A stretch of 64,000 nucleotides of DNA, taken from contig CATNEN010000029.1 in assembly GCA_950097015.1 (NCBI GenBank), forward strand, positions 3,100,001-3,164,000, in the 5' to 3' direction. Below, one piece after another: positions 49,431 through 61,854 of the stretch (positions within the stretch are counted from its first letter, which is position 1; each line of letters begins with the position of its first letter). The notes beneath the pieces are model-generated. The model had not been told where the DNA came from, did not search any database, and saw nothing but the letters and a program-made list of their open reading frames with translations. The DNA is from Macrostomum hystrix. Taxonomy: Eukaryota > Animalia > Platyhelminthes. Made by a program: the position numbers and the translations under genes.

Positions 49431-50205
49431 CACCCAGTTCTATGGGGTGTGAGGGGTAGATGCTGACCAGTTCTGTAGGGTGTGAGGGGTAGATGCTGAC
49501 CAGTTCTGAGGGGTGTGAGGGTAGATGCTGACCAGTTCTGTCGGGTGTGAGGGGTAGATGCTGACCAGTTCTGTGGGGTGTGAGGGGTAGATGCTGACCA
49601 GTTCTATGGGGTGTGAGGGGTAGATGCTGACCAGTTCTGTGGGGTGTGAGGGGTAGATGCTGACCAGTTCTATGGGGTGTGAGGGGTAGATGCTGACCAG
49701 TTCTATGGGGTGTGAGGGGTAGATGCTGACCAGTTCTGTCGGGTGTGAGGGGTAGATGCTGACCAGTTCTATGGGGTGTGAGGGGTAGATGCTGACCAGT
49801 TCTATGGGGTGTGAGGGGTAGATGCGGATCAGTTCTGTGGGATGTGAGGGGTAGATGCTGACCAGTTCTGTGGGGTGTGAGGGGTAGATGCGGATCAGTT
49901 CTGTGGGATGTGAGGGGTAGATGCTGACCAGTTCTGTGGGGTGTGAGGGGTAGATGCGGATCAGTTCTGTGGGATGTGAGGGGTAGATGCTGACCAGTTC
50001 TGTGGGGTGTGAGGGGTAGATGCTGACCAGTTCTATGGGGTGTGAGGGGTAGATGCTGACCAGTTCTATGGGGTGTGAGGGGTAGATGCTGACCAGTTCT
50101 ATGGGGTGTGAGGGGTAGATGCTGACCAGTGCTGTTGGGTGTGAGAGGTAGATGCTGACCAGTTCTGTTGGGTGTGAGAGGTAGATGCTGACCAGTTCTG
50201 TGGGA
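49431..50205. repeat. 33-bp minisatellite
   Basis: GGGGTGTGAGGGGTAGATGCTGACCAGTTCT(A/G)T x ~23. Confidence 0.95.
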
Positions 50206-50959
50206 TATGTGAGGATTTTCGCTGCGGGGCATTGAGCAGTGTTGGTCCCACGACGGACACATTTAATCATAAAAGAAGTCTTTCTAGCTCTGCTTCAGGA
50301 AGAGCAGACGAAATTAAAAAGGCAGAGTTTGGGCACTATAAAACCTTTTTTAAAATCAAACGCGAAGCCCGCCTTTGGGTTCGCTAGATTAGAAACTGAT
50401 GGAGCCTGTTCAAATCAAAGGAGCTCCTACTGGGAATTGAAAATCCACAAACAAAATCTATGCACAAACGGAGTAGGGATTACTGATGTCTCAACGCGTT
50501 AATCAGCATTCTCTGAGCGAGTTTGATTACTTTCGCTGACTGACTGACTGACTGACTGACTGAGCGATAGAAACGCAAGTGGTGTGTGAGAACTGCACTT
50601 GGGGTTGCACATATGTTAGGCAGATGCCGCACATGTTTCAGTAGCCAAATGTAGGGCCCGATAGTTAAATTAAAGCCAACACAGCCTAGTCAGAGACTAA
50701 GCCAGACTAATAAATATAGTTTTTAGACAGTCTATGCCTCGGTCTGCTTCAAGTACAGTGCATGCGCCCAATCGCTGATCAAATTAATCTTCCAGTCTCA
50801 CCTACCGCGTCATGAGAAATGAGCTGTGAAGGCGCCCCCTTCTTACTAAATTAATAGATGTAGGGGACCAAGGAGACTGCTGCAGAACCAGTTGATCAGA
50901 GACAGATAGAGAGAACAGAGGGCCGGACACGCACAGTAGACAGAAGGACAAAACAGACA

Positions 50960-50986
50960 GGCAGGCAGGTAGGCAGGCAGACAGGC

Positions 50987-51031
<45 letters not shown>

Positions 51032-52505
51032 CCCAGCACAGACAGACAGACAGCCAGCACAGACAGACAGACACCCAGCACAGACAGACAGACAGACACC
51101 CAGCACAGACAGACAGACACCCAGCACAGACAGACAGACACCCAGCACAGACAGACAGACACCCAGCACAGACAGACAGACACCAGCACAGACAGACAGA
51201 CACCCAGCACAGACAGACAGACACCCAGCACAGACAGACAGACACCCAGCACAGACAGACAGACAGACACCCAGCACAGACAGACAGACACCCAGCACAG
51301 ACAGACAGACACCCAGCACAGACAGACAGACACCCAGCACAGACAGACAGACAGACACCCAGCACAGACAGACAGACACCCAGCACAGACAGACAGACAG
51401 ACACCCAGCACAGACAGACAGACACCCAGCACAGACAGACAGACAGACACCCAGCACAGACAGACAGACACCCAGCACAGACAGACAGACACCCAGCACA
51501 GACAGACAGACACCCAGCACAGACAGACAGACACCCAGCACAGACAGACAGACAGACACCCAGCACAGACAGACAGACACCCAGCACAGACAGACAGACA
51601 CCCAGCACAGACAGACAGACACCCAGCACAGACAGACAGACACCCAGCACAGACAGACAGACACCCAGCACAGACAGACAGACAGACACCCAGCACAGAC
51701 AGACAGACACCCAGCACAGACAGACAGACAGACACCCAGCACAGACAGACAGACACCCAGCACAGACAGACAGACACCCAGCACAGACAGACAGACACCC
51801 TGCACAGACAGACAGAAAGACACCCAGCACAGACAGACAGACAGACACCCAGCACAGACAGACAGAAAGACACCCAGCACAGACAGACAGACAGACACCC
51901 AGCACAGACAGACAGACAGACACCCAGCACAGACAGACAGACACCCAGCACAGACAGACAGACACCCAGCACAGACAGACAGACACCCAGCACAGACAGA
52001 CAGACACCCAGCACAGACAGACAGACACCCAGCACAGACAGACAGACACCCAGCACAGACAGACAGACACCCAGCACAGACAGACAGACACCCAGCACAG
52101 ACAGACAGACACCCAGCACAGACAGACAGACACCCAGCACAGACAGACAGACACCCAGCACAGACAGACAGACACCCAGCACAGACAGACAGACACCCAG
52201 CACAGACAGACAGACACCCAGCACAGACAGACAGACACCCAGCACAGACAGACAGACACCCAGCACAGACAGACAGACACCCAGCACAGACAGACAGACA
52301 CCCAGCACAGACAGACAGACAGACACCCAGCACAGACAGACAGACACCCAGCACAGACAGACAGACAGACACCCAGCACAGACAGACAGACACCCAGCAC
52401 AGACAGACAGACAGACACCCAGCACAGACAGACAGACACCCAGCACAGACAGACAGACAGACACCCAGCACAGACAGACAGACACCCAGCATAGACAGAC
52501 AGTCA
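50960..52505. repeat. (GACA)n/ACCCAGCAC compound satellite, locus 2
   Basis: 20/24-bp units ACCCAGCACAGACAGACAGAC(AGAC); source of the 545-557 aa spurious ORFs. Confidence 0.95.
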
Positions 52506-52919
52506 GGCAGACAGAAACAAAGGATGCGAACATGCGACAGGAAGGGCTAGGCAAGGCCTTATTTTCCAAGGCATACCAGAGTCACTATAGGCTCAACTAG
52601 TGGCATGACAATTAGCGAATGCTATTGTTAGAAGCGAGGTTTATCGGGCAAGGTCGTGTTAATGTTAGAAATAGAAACTGCTGACCGCTCGTCTAGCCAG
52701 TGTCTGTCAATTTTTTCTGTTGCCGTGTTTGAGATCACCCATGCGAATGGCATAGACACACATGCCCACACTGGACAGAACATAAAAGAAGCATGAGGCC
52801 AGATAAGCTACTTTTACTCGTATATCTGAAAACGTGCTAAATTAAAGATTTTGACAGATAATGTACTTGCAAGATTTCTCGTTTTCTCGGCTACTAAAAG
52901 GTAAACAATATCACACAGA

Positions 52920-53690
52920 TTGAATACAGTATACAGTAGAATACAGTAGATTACATATTGAATACAGTAGATTACATATTGAATAAAGTAGACTATAGAT
53001 TTAATACAGTAGATTACAGAGTGAATACAGTAGATTACAGATTGAATACAGTAGATTACAGATTGAATACAGTAGACTACAGATTGAATACAGTAGATTA
53101 CAGATTGAATACAGTAGATTACAGATTTAATACAGTAGACTACAGTTTGAATTCAGTAGATTACAGATAGAATACAGTAGATTACAGATTGAATTCAGTA
53201 GATAACAGATTGAATACAGTAGATTACAGATTGAATACAGTAGATTACAGATAGAATACAGTAGATTACAGATTGAATTCAGTAGATAACAGATTGAATA
53301 CAGTAGATTACAGATTGAATACTGTAGATTACAGATTGAATACAGTAGATTACAGATTGAATACAGTAGATTACAGATTGAATACAGTAGATTACAGATT
53401 GAATACAGTAGATTACAGATTGAATACAGTAGACTACAGATTGAATACAGTAGATTACAGATTGAATACAGTAGATTACAGATAGAATACAGTAGATTAC
53501 AGATTGAATTCAGTAGATAACAGATTGAATACAGTAGATTACAGATAGAATACAGTAGATTACAGATTGAATTCAGTAGATAACAGATTGAATACAGTAG
53601 ATTACAGATTGAATACAGTAGATTACAGATGGAATACAGTAGATTACAGATTGAATACAGTAGATTACAGATGGAATACAGTAGATTACA
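52920..53690. repeat. 21-bp AT-rich minisatellite (GATTGAATACAGTAGATTACA)
   Basis: About 36 units. Confidence 0.95.
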
Positions 53691-54123
53691 AAAAGTTTAA
53701 CATTTAAAGAAAAGCAACAGAATTTTTACGAATCGTATCAATTTTCAATTGTAGAGTTTTTAACATTAATTATAATAATTAAACACATCAAAATACGAGG
53801 TCCTTTTACTCAATTGCAAACGATTTAATCTGTCCTTCATTTTTTAACAATTTAAGAATGAATCATGAATGAATGCTGCTATTTTTTATTGCCGGAATAC
53901 TCATACGTGGTACATTGCACAAATTGATAAATTGAACTTAATAAATATTATATTTTATAATAATTTTATATTCACACGCAAATAAAAATACGCGTAGAAC
54001 ACGAAAAACATGGTGGGAAAGAAAGTCGAGGACAGAGATGAGCAGTTCGACTTAACAAATTACAGTGCTATAGCATAACAGCTGTGCGAAAAACAGACTG
54101 CTTAACTTTTTTTAACGCTGATT

Positions 54124-54880
54124 TCATGCTTTGCCTTGTCGAAATGTTGAAGCATTTGCATTCTGCACCAGTGATGGAGCCTGATTCTGATGCCTGAGAG
54201 CTGCTGCCGCTTGGCTGCAGCAGCTCTGGGAGTGTGCTGAGGACAAAATAACAGGAAGCGAATCGTCATGGCAGCGATCCAAAATTTTCAGCAATACGTT
54301 TTTGCTGGAGCCATAGCACATCTGTGCCCGAAACGCCACTTCGATGCGGTTGAAGGCAGCCACGGCAGGTGCAGAGGGGTTGGTCAGACCAAATTTGCAG
54401 CCGTCATATGGTTATGCTGGAGGTGAATTGAGACATACTGGTTACCTTCTGTATACAGTAACTTATTGCACTCAGTGCAACTAAAAGCAGCCGACTTTCG
54501 CAAGACAAAGCCGCAAATGTAAGGCACAACCTCCTTTTCTTCAATGATATCCAACTGTGCGGCTAATTGATAACTATGATCCCCTCGTGAGGACGAAGGG
54601 TCAGATTGCAGGCAAAACGAAATTGCAAGCGGATAAACGAAATGAGTTCTTCCATCTCCATTTCCGTTTGTTAGAATATCAGCGTAAGAGTTATCAGCCA
54701 ATGCAGCCGCACCTGAAGGAACAGAGTCCATATAATCTTCACAGTTCTTACTCATATAGTGATCTTTTGTGCTATTCCGCTGGCGCTGACAGATCGCAAT
54801 GAGCCCAGAAAGGCCTGCAGCTCCGGCTTATCATTAAACCCATTACGGCCGCGTATTGTTGAAAAATATTAATTTATCAG
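54124..54880 (-). pseudogene. P-element/THAP9-like transposase C-terminal relic
   Basis: Frameshifted segments FSTIRGRNGFNDKPELQAF (E..F..IR..G.N.NP motif), SKNCED, VPYICGFVLRK..CTEC and YDGCKFGLTNPS..IEVAFR. Confidence 0.7.
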
Positions 54881-57800
54881 GCGCTATACTTGAAATGTTA
54901 AACATTTACATTGTACAGCACTTTGTGCATGAGCAGTGTACCCAATAGCAAGCATGCTATAAGCACGTTTAAGTATGCAAGTGTGCGTTAAAGCTTTACG
55001 CTCCTAAAGGTTTCCAAAATCGTGAAGGAGACGAATACTTTTCTATACTTTTCTCCTTGTTGGTGTGCTGTGCTTTAAAAGAAAAGAAAAATTCTGGAGA
55101 CGACTGCTGCTGCTGCTGATGGTGTGAATTAGGCGATTTGTAGCTGGCCGAATGTTTTTCTATGGCATAAAGTGTGTGATGAGAGCGAAAACCAGATTTT
55201 TGCATTGAGTGACGTATCTTGGGTATTTATAATCTTTGATCGACACCAAAGTTTTGCTAGAATTTGCCATAGAATAAATGGTAATTTAAATATAGACTAT
55301 ATGTTTTTGTCTAAGCTGTCCATGTAAGCTGTACGCCTTCACTACCGCAAGGAGGCTGTACGCCCCATTGACCCCGCTGTATTTTTTTTCCATAAATATT
55401 CTTACCGGGCCGTGAAACCGACTAAATGCATAGAACTCAGTGCGATTTCACGCCCGCTAACTACAACACCAATATGGATAGGCTGCTCGGGCTGAAAAAA
55501 CAAATTCAGGCATTTCCTTGGATGGCTATTTGATAGCGCATAAAAACGTGATTGTCTTATCCTATTCCCCTCGATGGGTAGGCTAGCTATCAAATGCCAG
55601 GCTTGTATTCCAATTGCATGTAAAGCTGAGCGGCGAGCGGAAAAGCGGACAATAAACTAAATTAGTTCACTTATAAATAACGATTCTAGTTCACTAAGTT
55701 CAAGTGAAAGAACTGTGTGGAAGTGCACCTGGCTATTGCTGGCTGAGTGCGGTTTTGTGTGGTTTATAACTTCGGCCATCTATTTCGACATTCTAATAAA
55801 GCCATTATATTTGCTATATGCTAATGCCAAAGAATTACAGCTGCACAGCAACTGATTATTCTCTATGCACTCTATAGACCATGAAATAAATCCAAATGTT
55901 ATTAACCTAACATTAACCTAAGACTGCGTTGGTTTCAAGTTTAGATCCCAGCAAAAGTTTCAGTTTCAATCAAAACTATTTCGATCGTGCATTTGTACTA
56001 CGGCTCGCAAAAAATTTCTAGGCTAGATTTTTTCGCATTTTTAATGCATTTTTTATTTCATATCGAGTAAAAATGATTCATTGCCCCATAGTAACGCAAA
56101 TAAACAAAAAAAGCAGCACCCGATCGGCGTGCACATTGCAATAATGAGAATACGTTTTTATTATTTGGATCTGCGTAAATTAGTTCGACCTCTATCTAAG
56201 AGGCACTGCAAGAATCCGAGTCAATTTTTTGTCGCACTTATTAGAGTTACCTGTGTAAATTATTAACAAAATTTCTTCGGAATTCTAAATACAGTAGGAA
56301 GCGCATTCGTGATATAGCTAAAGTCCTACCGTTGCACGAATGACCATGCAGCAGCAGCAGTCAGTTTTCCCTACAGAAACTTCTCCAGGCACGCGCTTTA
56401 TTTTGTTCCTTTTTTGCTATAGAGATTGCGCTTCAGGTAGATTGCCTCAAGATACACGGATTCAAAGATTACAGGCAGCGAGTTAATAAGAGCGATACAC
56501 AGCTCACTTGGACTCGCTTGGACAATGAGCAAGCGGGATTTGCACATCTGAATGTCGCAAGGCTAGTCGACTTAGTCGAGGCGAATCCTCTGAACTCCCC
56601 AGCGTTATTTTGGGCTATCCTTGCTACAATTTACTGTTGAGGCAGGACACAATCGGTAAATAGTCGACGAAATACCTTGACGGGATAATAGCCGACAAAC
56701 GACCCGACCCGAGGCTTTTTTTGCGTCTATAATAGCAAGCTCTTCCCGTAGGACAACATGGTGCGATGAATGCCCTGGATATGATGCCTTTCAAAGAACT
56801 CAAGAGCCTGCGCACTCGTATTACTCAGTCATAAATTATAAAGCTTTGTTATATACAATCCAGGCACCAAGGCAGGCTTCAATAACTTGCCTGCTGCTGA
56901 TGAGACAGGTAAAATTTTGTTTCAATTTTCCTGCCCACCACCCAGCAAAGAAATCTAGACACCCGCAAGTGACAATGGTCGAAAGTAGCACTGAGACTAA
57001 GCCAGACGAGACCTATTCGATTGCAGAACGCATAATATATTTTTTCGAAGCTCCACCTGGGTGAAGGCAGGTAGACACTAAAGGCTGACATGGTACAGAC
57101 ACATGCGGTTGACAAGCTGATGAAGTTTAACACTTAGCAAGGCTGTACGGAGGTGAAGTGCTGATTGTACTTGCGTTGACATGGAAAAGCGGATCCTCCG
57201 GCCAGAATCTTAGAATATCTAGACGTTCTGGACAGGTGACAACTTAATTATTGTTTCTGAAGTCAGCAAGAGCTCGTGTAAAAATCTGAGGTTATCACTT
57301 CACTTCATGGCATACAGAGAAGATTTTTTGGTACTGGCATATAACAGTAATTATTAGACGTACATACTGTAGAAAAAAAATATCATAGATATTCTTGTTC
57401 CAGAGTGGGCAGTGAAACTATTCGATTTCAAGGATATAACCATAGACACTGACATAGTTCACAACAAAGAATGGCACAGTGACTTTTGCTAAACTATACT
57501 CATAGGAGTAAAACAAGAAACACATTTAATTCGCGATTGTTTTAGTAAATCTTACAATTACATACATCTTACATGACATAAATACATGAAACCCAATAGT
57601 AGTATATTTATAATTAAAAATTTATCGAATAAAACATAGCTTTTAATGTTTAACTAAACAATTGCAAAACTAAAATCTAGACTTTCTGCGCCCGCTAATA
57701 AATCAGTGGGCCCAATTTTACTTAAATGTAATAATTTGAAACCCATTATTAACTAGACTAATTGCATTCACGTTTCCTTCCGGTAATTAGCTAATGATCT

Positions 57801-58104
57801 TCTTATCTAATCGAAAAACAGAGCAAAATGAGTTGCATTTCTAAATTAGGTAAGCAACAAGTGATATTCTTTATAAGTTAAAGAAATCTAGAAAGCTATG
57901 AGCTGTTTCTTAATCACTTTAGAAACAGGTGCATTGGCATTTAATTATTATAACGGGAGTAAAAATCATTGCATTGAGCTGCCTTAGTTTCATTTTCGAT
58001 AAAAATTTTGTTTAGATCTGCACAGCTATTGCGTGCGACTTGGTCGCACCGAAATTAGAAACGAGGGCTGTGCACAGTAAGCAGGATATAAATTATGTAG
58101 CAAA

Positions 58105-58680
58105 TGTACACTGGGGGATAGAGCTGCTTAAGAATGAATGCACATTGGGAGGCGGGGTTGGCCAAGAGCGAATTACACTAGGGGGAAGAGCTGCTTAAGA
58201 ATGAATGCACATTGGGAGGCGGGGTTGGCCAAGAGCGAATTACACTAGGGGGAAGAGCTGCTTAAGAATGAATGCACATTGGGAGGCGGGGTTGGCCAAG
58301 AGCGAATTACACTAGGGGGAAGAGCTGCTTAAGAATGAATGCACATTGGGAGGCGGGGTTGGCCAAGAGCGAATTACACTAGGGGGAAGAGCTGCTTAAG
58401 AATGAATGCACATTGGGAGGCGGGGTTGGCCAAGAGCGAATTACACTAGGGGGAAGAGCTGCTTAAGAATGAATGCACATTGGGAGGCGGGGTTGGCCAA
58501 GAGCGAATTACACTAGGGGGAAGAGCTGCTTAAGAATGAATGCACATTGGGAGGCGGGGTTGGTCAAGAGCGAATTACACTAGGGGGAAGAGCTGCTTAA
58601 GAATGAATGCACATTGGGAGGCGGGGTTGGTCAAGAGCGAATGTACACTAGGGGGTAGAGCTGCTAGGGAGCGAATGTAA
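58105..58680. repeat. 67-bp minisatellite, ~8-9 near-identical copies
   Basis: Period 67 (58141, 58208); contains GGGAGGCGGGGTTGGCCAA. Confidence 0.95.
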
Positions 58681-58893
58681 ATTTGGGGGGGTGGGGTGCC
58701 CAGGATCAAGTCTACGTTTAAGAGAGTTGGCCAATAGATGACTTTGAATCGCAAGGAAGCGTACTTTCTGAGATTGAATGTGAAATTAGATCGGAGCTGC
58801 TGAATAAATTAGTAATTATGAGTAACGACTAACAAAAACCAAAACAGCTCAAAGGCTTCGAGCTGAAAATAGAAGTGCATCAGGAGGCAGCAA

Positions 58894-59317
58894 TTAGCGG
58901 CAGCCGTTGCCGCTCCCCCCGGGGGGCAGGCTGGACTCGTCCTGAATGCAGGACAGGATCTCGCCGGCAATCTGCTGGGCAGCCTCTGTGCCTATGTTGA
59001 GGTTGAGATCGTGCAGATCAAGCATGGACTCGTCTAGCACTGGCGCGGCCGAGTGGGCCTGACGCAGGTGCCTACTGAGCGTGGGCCGGTGTCGATAGCG
59101 TCGGCCGCACAGTCGGCAGGCGTGCCTGGCAACCAATGAGTGCGTGTCGCGATGCTTCAACAGGCCGCATTGGCTGGCGAAGGCTTTGCCGCACCGTTCG
59201 CAAACAAATGTTAACCGACCGTTGGAGTGGCGGCAGAGTTCGTGGGCGCGCAGGTTGCCTAAAGTGGTCGCTTCGTAGTCGCAGTGCTGGCAGGCGAACG
59301 GCCTGTTGATGTCGCTG
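58894..59317 (-). CDS. C2H2 zinc-finger gene 2, last exon (fingers 4-6)
   Basis: ctcacag|C acceptor (phase 2). CQHC..HELCRH, CERC..HRDTH and CRLC..HLRQAH; TAA at 58896-58894. Confidence 0.9.
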
Positions 59318-59575
59318 CTGTGAGCGGACAATGAAATAGACGAAGAGGCTGTACTTGCACATTATTTGGCCCGAGCCTATGAGAAGGCAATACTGCCTAT
59401 TCCGCTGACTCCTGAGCACACACACACAGACACGCACGCACTCAGGCAGTGTACACTGTCACTATGCTTTGGGGGTTGCCTTCTCTACGTTTCGGCACTA
59501 TATACAAATGTGGCCTTGCCGCGGAATCGAACTCAGGACGATTCATCCCATATTTTTGCGCGAAATACGCCTTAC

Positions 59576-59816
59576 CTCTGCAGCGAGTCGCTTCCTTCTG
59601 CGGCTATCCTATCAGACACCGGAAGCTTGGAGGAAGATGTCGCTGGAGTTTGCCGCCGCCGCCGCCGCCCCCGTAGCTGCTGCTGACTAGGCCGACTGTG
59701 CTTAGCCAGCCGATGCTTGGCCAAGTCGGAGCTGGTGAGGTAGGTCTTGTCGCACTGGTCGCAGGCGTAGTGCCTAGAACTGGCGTGGCCCTTTAGGTGG
59801 CGCAGAAAGTCTGCGT
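59576..59816 (-). CDS. C2H2 zinc-finger gene 2, exon 4 (end of finger 2, finger 3)
   Basis: ccattgcag|AC; ADFLRHLKGH..YACDQCDKTY..HRLAKH, poly-Arg. Donor AG|GTAAGG; phases 1 and 2 fit the neighbouring exons. Confidence 0.9.
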
Positions 59817-60379
59817 CTGCAATGGAATGGGGCCACCGGGATTCTATTAAACTTCAGTTAGATGACATTAAAGTCATTATTATCTCGACGATGCTGGCTC
59901 GTTTGACTTTGAAAGTTAGTTCATCGTAAAGAGCGGAAAATTTTTATTCAGACGTTGACTTTCACGAAAATTGGTTATTCGGTTTGGGAGCTATCGTGAA
60001 ATAGGCTGCGGGTATTTGAAATAGCCCTGGCATTTCTTTCTACGGTTAATGCGAGCAAAAAAGCAATAGAATCAAGCTAAGCAATCTTCAACTAGCTACG
60101 CATACAGCCCTCTAGGTGTAAGCTGGCGTCGGAAGATGGAAAATGTTCCCAATTGCAGACACTGATGGTTAAACAAAAATACCATTTTGGAGATATATAT
60201 ATATATATCAATCTTTTTGGCAACAGACGTCAAAACTAGTGCGAAACAACAAATATGATTAATGGTGCAATTCATAGTCCCAGCCTAGACAGTCTGACCC
60301 ACTAACTGTTATGTGGCTACTAATGAGGCAAGTGCGAAATAACGCAAACAGTAGGGTAAGGAAACATTTCTCGGGGAAG

Positions 60380-60680
60380 TGAATTAGGGGAAATGAATTC
60401 GGGAGAGGATTAGGGGAACAGAATTCGGGAGAAGATTAGGGGAACAGAATTCGGGAGAGGATTAGGGGAACAGAATTCGGGAGAGGATTAGAGGAACAGA
60501 ATTCGTGAGAAGATTAGGGGAACAGAATTCGGGAGAGGATTAGAGGAACAGAATTCGGGAGAGGATTAGGGGAACAGAATTCGGGAGAAGATTAGGGGAA
60601 CAGAATTCGGGAGAGGATTAGAGGAACAGAATTCGTGAGAGGATTTGGGACACTGAATTCGGGGGAGGATTAGGGGAACT
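60380..60680. repeat. 26-bp minisatellite (GAATTCGGGAGAGGATTAGGGGAACA) in a ZnF2 intron
   Basis: About 11 units. Confidence 0.9.
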
Positions 60681-60755
60681 AAACTAAGACAACTGAGGAA
60701 AACCAAATTAAAATTACACCTGAAATATTTTAAAGATAGTGAAAATGGCACTTAC

Positions 60756-60828
60756 AGTTAGCCAAAGCTAGCTTGCAAATGCGGCAGTCAAACTTGTCAT
60801 CGTCAATGTGGTGACTCTTTAAGTGTCG
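60756..60828 (-). CDS. C2H2 zinc-finger gene 2, exon 3 (73 nt)
   Basis: ttttcag|CGA..T|GTAAGT; RHLKSHHIDDDKFDCRICKLALAN completes finger 1 and starts finger 2. Confidence 0.9.
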
Positions 60829-60929
60829 CTGAAAATGACAGCAAATGGTTGGTAAAGCGGCGAAAACTTGATATTTAATGTTTGTTAAGCAGCTGTAAAT
60901 CGAATTATCTATTACATCTTACCACGTTT

Positions 60930-61100
60930 CATGACATCTAGTCATCCCCCTATCACATCTAGTCCTCCCCCTATCACATCTAGTCCTCCCCCTATCACAT
61001 CGAGTCCTCCCCATATCACATCTAGTCATCCCCCTATCACATCTAGTCCTCCCCCTATCACATCGAGTCCTCCCCATATCACATCTAGTCATCCTCTATC
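60930..61100. repeat. 21-bp minisatellite (ATCACATCTAGTCCTCCCCCT) in a ZnF2 intron
   Basis: About 8 units. Confidence 0.9.
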
Positions 61101-61229
61101 CCGTCTAAGAACTCACTATTAATTCACTTTAAACTCAGTTTCTGAACATGCAGACATAAGCCTTTTATTTAGGATATTTGGGATCATTTATTCATCTATC
61201 TTTTCATAAAAAAGAAATCTATGACTTAC

Positions 61230-61403
61230 TGACAGCGAGTACTTGTTAACAAACTTGTGCGCACATAGCGGGCAGCAGTGCAGACAGTTATTCCTTACTT
61301 CGCTCTCGCTCTCAGCATTCTGACGCTGAAATACGTCAAAGGTAATCGAGCGAGCCAGCTCCGCTGGTGGCAGCACTTGACTGTTCCTACGATGGCGAAC
61401 GGA
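61230..61403 (-). CDS. C2H2 zinc-finger gene 2, exon 2
   Basis: ttttttttccag|TCC; ..HCCPLCAHKFVNKYSLS|GTAAGT; phase 0/0. Confidence 0.85.
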
Positions 61404-61440
61404 CTGGAAAAAAAGTGAAAAATGATGTGCTATGTGTCTA

Positions 61441-61750
61441 ATAATAATAATTAATAATATGATTACACCTGCCTCAATAGGGTCAGATGTGCAGCCGACA
61501 GCACAGCCGCAGCTATTGCGCGGCGCATCTGAAGGCTGCGTACAGCTGTTCAGTCCATGGACTGGGGGGACGCCACACCCACCTTCAATTATCCCAGCTA
61601 ATCCTGGTACCCATTTAACAGCTGAGTGAACTGAAGCAATGCAGAGTTAAGTGTCTTGCTAAAGGGCACTAATTGCTCCAGTGGAGTCGGGAATCGAACC
61701 CCCGACCTTCAAGTCGTGAGTCCGACGCCCTAACCACTAGACTAAAACCG
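61441..61750 (-). mobile_element. Full-length tRNA-derived CORE-type SINE
   Basis: On the minus strand: A-box TAGTCTAGTGG (61744-61734), B-box GGTTCGATTCC (61700-61690), CORE-like domain, the palindrome CAGTCCATGGACTG, a hairpin tail and an (ATT)n-like end. Confidence 0.85.
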
Positions 61751-61854
61751 TCTAAATACTAGAACGATTTAAATCTAATTGTTCAGGATTTAAACTTTAC
61801 CAAGATTACCAAATCTGTCAAATTCCTGTCTTAGGTAGGCAAGATTAGAGAGGC

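Noticed and set aside
50802-52569. Cys/Val/Leu-rich 545-557 aa ORFs (also 26330-27052)
   Set aside because: (CTGT)n satellite, open in all three minus frames.
56340-57070. Possible gag/zinc-knuckle retroelement remnant (CFNFPAHHPAKKSRHP)
   Set aside because: The CCHC motif is incomplete, there are many stops, and no pol motifs or LTRs are visible.
60380-60680. Interstitial telomeric repeat (TTAGGG in the unit)
   Set aside because: At most one hexamer per 26-bp unit and never tandem.
61500-61560. Hammerhead ribozyme in the SINE tail, by analogy with Schistosoma SINEs
   Set aside because: The CUGAUGA/GAAA core is absent on the sense strand.
61680-61750. tRNA gene
   Set aside because: A and B boxes are present but there is no complete cloverleaf; the sequence continues into the SINE CORE domain.
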